Shown piece by piece: positions 55,801 to 64,000 of a stretch of DNA of 64,000 nt (position 1 is the first letter of the stretch; each line of letters begins with the position of its first letter). Position numbers and translations under genes: made by a program. Source of the stretch: Balanoglossus misakiensis (taxonomy: Eukaryota > Animalia > Hemichordata); assembly GCA_040954595.2 (NCBI GenBank), contig CM082580.2, positions 13,070,242 through 13,134,241 of the forward strand. The letters are read 5' to 3'. Under the pieces are notes generated by a model that did not search any database, was not told where the DNA came from, and worked only from the letters and a program-made list of their open reading frames with translations.

Positions 55801-58800
55801 TCGACGAAATTTTGAGATTCCGCAAAGTCGAAAATTTTTCATTTTTTGACGATTTCATGGGCTATAACCCATGGTTTTTTTCAAAAATCGACGAAATATT
55901 GAGATTCCGCAAAGTCGAAAATTTTTCATTTTTTGACGATTTCATGGGCTATAACCCATGGTTTTTTTCAAAAATCGACGAAATTTTGAGATTCCGCAAA
56001 GTCGAAAATTTTTCATTTTTTGATGATTTCATGGGCTATAACCCATGGTTTTTTTCAAAAATCGACGAAATTTTGAGATTCCGCAAAGTCGAAAATTTTT
56101 CATTTTTTGATGATTTCATGGGCTATAACCCATGGTTTTTTTCAAAAATCGACGAAATATTGAGATTCCGCAAAGTTTAAAATTTTTCAATTTTTGATGA
56201 TTTCATGGGCTATAACCCATGGTTTTTTTCAAAAATCGACGAAATTTTGAGATTCCGCAAAGTCGAAAATTTTTCATTTTTTGATGATTTCATGGGCTAT
56301 AACCCATGGTTTTTTTCAAAAATCGACGAAATTTTGAGATTCCGCAAAGTCGAAAATTTTTCATTTTTTGACGATTTCATGGGCTATAACCCATGGTTTT
56401 TTTCAAAAATCGACGAAATTTTGAGATTCCGCAAAGTCGAAAATTTTTCATTTTTTGACGATTTCATGGGCTATAACCCATGGTTTTTTTCAAAAATCGA
56501 CGAAATTTTGAGATTCCGCAAAGTCGAAAATTTTTCATTTTTTGATGATTTCATGGGCTATAACCCATGGTTTTTTTCAAAAATCGACGAAATTTTGAGA
56601 TTCCGCAAAGTCGAAAATTTTTCATTTTTTGATGATTTCATGGGCTATAACCCATGGTTTTTTTCAAAAATCGACGAAATTTTGAGATTCCGCAAAGTCG
56701 AAAATTTTTCATTTTTTGATGATTTCATGGGCTATAACCCATGGTTTTTTTCAAAAATCGACGAAATTTTGAGATTCCGCAAAGTCGAAAATTTTTCATT
56801 TTTTGATGATTTCATGGGCTATAACCCATGGTTTTTTTCAAAAATCGACGAAATATTGAGATTCCGCAAAGTTTAAAATTTTTAATTTTTTGATGATTTC
56901 ATGGGCTATAACCCATGGTTTTTTTCAAAAATCGACGAAATTTTGAGATTCCGCAAAGTCGAAAATTTTTCATTTTTTGACGATTTCATGGGCTATAACC
57001 CATGGTTTTTTTCAAAAATCGACGAAATATTGAGATTCCGCAAAGTCGAAAATTTTTCATTTTTTGACGATTTCATGGGCTATAACCCATGGTTTTTTTC
57101 AAAAATCGACGAAATTTTGAGATTCCGCAAAGTCGAAAATTTTTCATTTTTTGACGATTTCATGGGCTATAACCCATGGTTTTTTTCAAAAATCGACGAA
57201 ATTTTGAGATTCCGCAAAGTCGAAAATTTTTCATTTTTTGATGATTTCATGGGCTATAACCCATGGTTTTTTTCAAAAATCGACGAAATTTTGAGATTCC
57301 GCAAAGTCGAAAATTTTTCATTTTTTGATGATTTCATGGGCTATAACCCATGTTTTTTTTCAAAAATCGACGAAATTTTGAGATTCCGCAAAGTCGAAAA
57401 TTTTTCATTTTTTGATGATTTCATGGGCTATAACCCATGGTTTTTTTCAAAAATCGACGAAATTTTGAGATTCCGCAAAGTCGAAAATTTTTCATTTTTT
57501 GATGATTTCATGGGCTATAACCCATGGTTTTTTTCAAAAATCGACGAAATTTTGAGATTCCGCAAAGTCGAAAATTTTTCATTTTTTGATGATTTCATGG
57601 GCTATAACCCATGGTTTTTTTCAAAAATCGACGAAATTTTGAGATTCCGCAAAGTCGAAAATTTTTCATTTTTTGATGATTTCATGGGCTATAACCCATG
57701 GTTTTTTTCAAAAATCGACGAAATTTTGAGATTCCGCAAAGTCGAAAATTTTTCATTTTTTGACGATTTCATGGGCTATAACCCATGGTTTTTTTCAAAA
57801 ATCGACGAAATTTTGAGATTCCGCAAAGTCGAAAATTTTTCATTTTTTGACGATTTCATGGGCTATAACCCATGGTTTTTTTCAAAAATCGACGAAATTT
57901 TGAGATTCCGCAAAGTCGAAAATTTTTCATTTTTTGATGATTTCATGGGCTATAACCCATGGTTTTTTTCAAAAATCGACGAAATTTTGAGATTCCGCAA
58001 AGTCGAAAATTTTTCATTTTTTGACGATTTCATGGGCTATAACCCATGGTTTTTTTCAAAAATCGACGAAATTTTGAGATTCCGCAAAGTCGAAAATTTT
58101 TCATTTTTTGACGATTTCATGGGCTATAACCCATGGTTTTTTTCAAAAATCGACGAAATTTTGAGATTCCGCAAAGTCGAAAATTTTTCATTTTTTGATG
58201 ATTTCATGGGCTACAACCCATGGTTTTTTTCAAAAATCGACGAAATTTTGAGATTCCGCAAAGTCGAAAATTTTTCATTTTTTGACGATTTCATGGGCTA
58301 TAACCCATGGTTTTTTTCAAAAATCGACGAAATTTTGAGATTCCGCAAAGTCGAAAATTTTTCATTTTTTGATGATTTCATGGGCTATAACCCATGGTTT
58401 TTTTCAAAAATCGACGAAATTTTGAGATTCCGCAAAGTCGAAAATTTTTCATTTTTTGATGATTTCATGGGCTATAACCCATGGTTTTTTTCAAAAATCG
58501 ACGAAATTTTGAGATTCCGCAAAGTCGAAAATTTTTCATTTTTTGACGATTTCATGGGCTATAACCCATGGTTTTTTTCAAAAATCGACGAAATTTTGAG
58601 ATTCCGCAAAGTCGAAAATTTTTCATTTTTTGACGATTTCATGGGCTATAACCCATGTTTTTTTTCAAAAATCGACGAAATTTTGAGATTCCGCAAAGTC
58701 GAAAATTTTTCATTTTTTAATGATTTCATGGGCTATAACCCATGGTTTTTTTCAAAAATCGACGAAATTTTGAGATTCCGCAAAGTCGAAAATTTTTCAT

Positions 58801-61800
58801 TTTTTGATGATTTCATGGGCTATAACCCATGGTTTTTTTCAAAAATCGACGAAATTTTGAGATTCCGCAAAGTCGAAAATTTTTCATTTTTTGATGATTT
58901 CATGGGCTATAACCCATGGTTTTTTTCAAAAATCGACGAAATTTTGAGATTCCGCAAAGTCGAAAATTTTTCATTTTTTGATGATTTCATGGGCTATAAC
59001 CCATGGTTTTTTTCAAAAATCGACGAAATTTTGAGATTCCGCAAAGTCGAAAATTTTTCATTTTTTGATGATTTCATGGGCTATAACCCATGGTTTTTTT
59101 CAAAAATCGACGAAATTTTGAGATTCCGCAAAGTCGAAAATTTTTCATTTTTTGATGATTTCATGGGCTATAACCCATGTTTTTTTCAAAAATCGACGAA
59201 ATTTTGAGATTCCGCAAAGTCGAAAATTTTTCATTTTTTGATGATTTCATGGGCTATAACCCATGGTTTTTTTCAAAAATCGACGAAATTTTGAGATTCC
59301 GCAAAGTCGAAAATTTTTCATTTTTTGATGATTTCATGGGCTATAACCCATGGTTTTTTTCAAAAATCGACGAAATTTTGAGATTCCGCAAAGTCGAAAA
59401 TTTTTCATTTTTTGATGATTTCATGGGCTATAACCCATGGTTTTTTTCAAAAATCGACGAAATTTTGAGATTCCGCAAAGTCGAAAATTTTTCATTTTTT
59501 GATGATTTCATGGGCTATAACCCATGGTTTTTTTCAAAAATCGACGAAATTTTGAGATTCCGCAAAGTCGAAAATTTTTCATTTTTTGATGATTTCATGG
59601 GCTATAACCCATGGTTTTTTTCAAAAATCGACGAAATTTTGAGATTCCGCAAAGTCGAAAATTTTTCATTTTTTGATGATTTCATGGGCTATAACCCATG
59701 GTTTTTTTCAAAAATCGACGAAATTTTGAGATTCCGCAAAGTCGAAAATTTTTCATTTTTTGATGATTTCATGGGCTATAACCCATGGCTTTTTTCAAAA
59801 ATCGACGAAATTTTGAGATTCCGCAAAGTCGAAAATTTTTCATTTTTTGATGATTTCATGGGCTATAACCCATGGTTTTTTTCAAAAATCGACGAAATTT
59901 TGAGATTCCGCAAAGTCGAAAATTTTTCATTTTTTGATGATTTCATGGGCTATAACCCATGGTTTTTTTCAAAAATCGACGAAATTTTGAGATTCTGCAA
60001 AGTCGAAAATTTTTCATTTTTTGATGATTTCATGGTTTTTTTCAAAAATCGACGAAATTTTGAGATTCCGCAAAGTCGAAAATTTTTCATTTTTTGATGA
60101 TTTCATGGGCTATAACCCATGGTTTTTTCAAAAATCGACGAAATATTGAGATTCCGCAAAGTTTAAAATTTTTCATTTTTTGATGATTTCATGGGCTATA
60201 ACCCATGGTTTTTTTCAAAAATCGACGAAATTTTGAGATTCCGCAAAGTCGAAAATTTTTCATTTTTTGATGATTTCATGGGCTATAACCCATGTTTTTT
60301 TTCAAAAATCGACGAAATATTGAGATTCCGCAAAGTTTAAAATTTTTCATTTTTTGATGATTTCATGGGCTATAACCCATGGTTTTTTTCAAAAATCGAC
60401 GAAATTTTGAGATTCCGCAAAGTCGAAATTTTTTCATTTTTTGATGATTTCATGGGCTATAACCCATGGTTTTTTTCAAAAATCGACGAAATTTTGAGAT
60501 TCCGCAAAGTCGAAAATTTTTCATTTTTTGATGATTTCATGGGCTATAACCCATGGTTTTTTTCAAAAATCGACGAAATTTTGAGATTCCGCAAAGTCGA
60601 AAATTTTTCATTTTTTGATGATTTCATGGGCTATAACCCGTGGTTTTTTCAAAAATCGACGAAATATTGAGATTCCGCAAAGTCGAAAATTTTTCATTTT
60701 TTGATGATTTCATGGGCTATAACCCATGGTTTTTTTCAAAAATCGACGAAATTTTGAGATTCCGCAAAGTCGAAAATTTTTCATTTTTTGATGATTTCAT
60801 GGGCTATAACCCATGGTTTTTTTCAAAAATCGACGAAATTTTGAGATTCCGCAAAGTCGAAAATTTTTCATTTTTTGATGATTTCATGGGCTATAACCCA
60901 TGGTTTTTTTCAAAAATCGACGAAATTTTGAGATTCCGCAAAGTCGAAAATTTTTCATTTTTTGATGATTTCATGGGCTATAACCCATGGTTTTTTTCAA
61001 AAATCGACGAAATTTTGAGATTCCGCAAAGTCGAAAATTTTTCATTTTTTGATGATTTCATGGGCTATAACCCATGGCTTTTTTTCAAAAATCGACGAAA
61101 TTTTGAGATTCCGCAAAGTCGAAAATTTTTCATTTTTTGATGATTTCATGGGCTATAACCCATGGTTTTTTTCAAAAATCGACGAAATTTTGAGATTCCG
61201 CAAAGTCGAAAATTTTTCATTTTTTGATGATTTCATGGGCTATAACCCATGGTTTTTTTCAAAAATCGACGAAATTTTGAGATTCCGCAAAGTCGAAAAT
61301 TTTTCATTTTTTGATGATTTCATGGGCTATAACCCATGGTTTTTTTCAAAAATCGACGAAATTTTGAGATTCCGCAAAGTCGAAAATTTTTCATTTTTTG
61401 ATGATTTCATGGGCTATAACCCATGGTTTTTTTCAAAAATCGACGAAATATTGAGATTCCGCAAAGTTTAAAATTTTTCATTTTTTGATGATTTCATGGG
61501 CTATAACCCATGGTTTTTTTCAAAAATCGACGAAATTTTGAGATTCCGCAAAGTCGAAAATTTTTCATTTTTTGATGATTTCATGGGCTATAACCCATGT
61601 TTTTTTCAAAAATCGACGAAATATTGAGATTCCGCAAAGTTTAAAATTTTTCATTTTTTGATGATTTCATGGGCTATAACCCATGGTTTTTTTCAAAAAT
61701 CGACGAAATTTTGAGATTCCGCAAAGTCGAAATTTTTTCATTTTTTGATGATTTCATGGGCTATAACCCATGGTTTTTTTCAAAAATCGACGAAATTTTG

Positions 61801-64000
61801 AGATTCCGCAAAGTCGAAAATTTTTCATTTTTTTGATGATTTCATGGGCTATAACCCATGGTTTTTTTCAAAAATCGACGAAATTTTGAGATTCCGCAAA
61901 GTCGAAAATTTTTCATTTTTTGATGATTTCATGGGCTATAACCCATGGGTTTTTTTCAAAAATCGACGAAATATTGAGATTCCGCAAAGTCGAAAATTTT
62001 TCATTTTTTGATGATTTCATGGGCTATAACCCATGGTTTTTTTCAAAAATCGACGAAATTTTGAGATTCCGCAAAGTCGAAAATTTTTCATTTTTTGATG
62101 ATTTCATGGGCTATAACCCATGGTTTTTTTCAAAAATCGACGAAATTTTGAGATTCCGCAAAGTCGAAAATTTTTCATTTTTTGATGATTTCATGGGCTA
62201 TAACCCATGGTTTTTTTCAAAAATCGACGAAATATTGAGATTCCGCAAAGTTTTAAAATTTTTCATTTTTTGATGATTTCATGGGCTATAACCCATGGTT
62301 TTTTCAAAAATCGACGAAATTTTGAGATTCCGCAAAGTCGAAAATTTTCATTTTTTGATGATTTCATGGGCTATAACCCATGGTTTTTTTTCAAAAATCG
62401 ACGAAATTTTGAGATTCCGCAAAGTCGAAAATTTTTCATTTTTTGACGATTTCATGGGCTATAACCCATGGTTTTTTTCAAAAATCGACGAAATTTTGAG
62501 ATTCCGCAAAGTCGAAAATTTTTCATTTTTTTGATGATTTCATGGGCTATAACCCATGGTTTTTTTCAAAAATCGACGAAATTTTGAGATTCCGCAAAGT
62601 CGAAAATTTTTCATTTTTTGATGATTTCATGGGCTATAACCCATGGTTTTTTTCAAAAATCGACGAAATTTTGAGATTCCGCAAAGTCGAAAATTTTTCA
62701 TTTTTTGATGATTTCATGGGCTATAACCCATGGTTTTTTTCAAAAATCGACGAAATTTTGAGATTCCGCAAAGTCGAAAATTTTTCATTTTTTGATGATT
62801 TCATGGGCTATAACCCATGGTTTTTTTCAAAAATCGACGAAATTTTGAGATTCCGCAAAGTCGAAAATTTTTCATTTTTTGATGATTTCATGGCTATAAC
62901 CCATGGTTTTTTTCAAAAATCGACGAAATTTTGAGATTCCGCAAAGTCGAAAATTTTTCATTTTTTGATGATTTCATGGGCTATAACCCATGGTTTTTTT
63001 CAAAAATCGACGAAATTTTGAGATTCCGCAAAGTCGAAAATTTTTCATTTTTTGACGATTTCATGGGCTATAACCCATGGTTTTTTTCAAAAATCGACGA
63101 AATTTTGAGATTCCGCAAAGTCGAACATTTTTCATTTTTTGACGATTTCATGGGCTATAACCCATGGTTTTTTTCAAAAATCGACGAAATTTTGAGATTC
63201 CGCAAAGTCGAAAATTTTTCATTTTTTGATGATTTCATGGGCTACAACCCATGGTTTTTTTTCAAAAATCGACGAAATTTTGAGATTCCGCAAAGTCGAA
63301 AATTTTTCATTTTTTGACGATTTCATGGGCTATAACCCATGGTTTTTTTCAAAAATCGACGAAATTTTGAGATTCCGCAAAGTCGAAAATTTTTCATTTT
63401 TTGATGATTTCATGGGCTATAACCCATGGTTTTTTTCAAAAATCGACGAAATTTTGAGATTCCGCAAAGTCGAAAATTTTTCATTTTTTGATGATTTCAT
63501 GGGCTATAACCCATGGTTTTTTTCAAAAATCGACGAAATTTTGAGATTCCGCAAAGTCGAAAATTTTTCATTTTTTGACGATTTCATGGGCTATAACCCA
63601 TGGTTTTTTTCAAAAATCGACGAAATTTTGAGATTCCGCAAAGTCGAAAATTTTTCATTTTTTGACGATTTCATGGGCTATAACCCATGTTTTTTTTCAA
63701 AAATCGACGAAATTTTGAGATTCCGCAAAGTCGAAAATTTTTCATTTTTTGATGATTTCATGGGCTACAACCCATGTTTTTTTTCAAAAATCGACGAAAT
63801 TTTGAGATTCCGCAAAGTCGAAAATTTTTCATTTTTTGACGATTTCATGGGCTATAACCCATGGTTTTTTTCAAAAATCGACGAAATTTTGAGATTCCGC
63901 AAAGTCGAAAATTTTTCATTTTTTGATGATTTCATGGGCTATAACCCATGGTTTTTTTCAAAAATCGACGAAATTTTGAGATTCCGCAAAGTCGAAAATT
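49900..64000. repeat. 87-bp AT-rich satellite DNA array, about 160 copies, continuing beyond the window
   Basis: Unit AAAGTCGAAAATTTTTCATTTTTTGATGATTTCATGGGCTATAACCCATGGTTTTTTTCAAAAATCGACGAAATTTTGAGATTCCGC; highly homogeneous, with more variants near the left edge. Confidence 0.99.

Noticed and set aside
50062-63317. Long ORFs of (MGYNPWFFSKIDEILRFRKVENFSFFDDF)n, up to 768 aa
   Set aside because: The unit is 87 bp (29 codons) and one frame is stop-free by chance. Frameshifts in homopolymer runs and recurrent stop variants show no coding constraint.
49900-64000. CRISPR-like array (regular spacing, palindromic core)
   Set aside because: No unique spacers, since the whole unit repeats; no cas genes; eukaryotic context.

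Overview
Animal (eukaryotic) genomic DNA with short, mostly GT-AG introns. Gene content and style suggest a marine invertebrate deuterostome, possibly an acorn worm; this is inference only. I reconstructed five multi-exon protein-coding genes by hand. (1) A divergent TGF-beta/activin-type ligand (+, 1657-6885) whose last cystine-knot Cys is replaced by Tyr. (2) Nucleoporin NUP210/gp210 (+, 8232-23372), with a U12-type intron, a GC-AG intron and a candidate 42-nt cassette exon. (3) A secreted GH9 endoglucanase (-, 25006-28789) with an acidic propeptide and RRKR site. (4) A type I TIR-domain receptor (-, 30571-37875) with an unusual cadherin/Ig/EGF/HYR ectodomain. (5) A FOXRED2-like flavoprotein (+, 41289-44305) with no signal peptide or ER-retention signal. 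These are followed by a mosaic, apparently non-coding spliced unit built from duplicated exon-intron modules (about 45.1-49.4 kb), 130-bp and 86-bp tandem arrays, and a >14-kb homogeneous 87-bp satellite running off the window end. The long satellite ORFs are artefacts of the 29-codon unit length.
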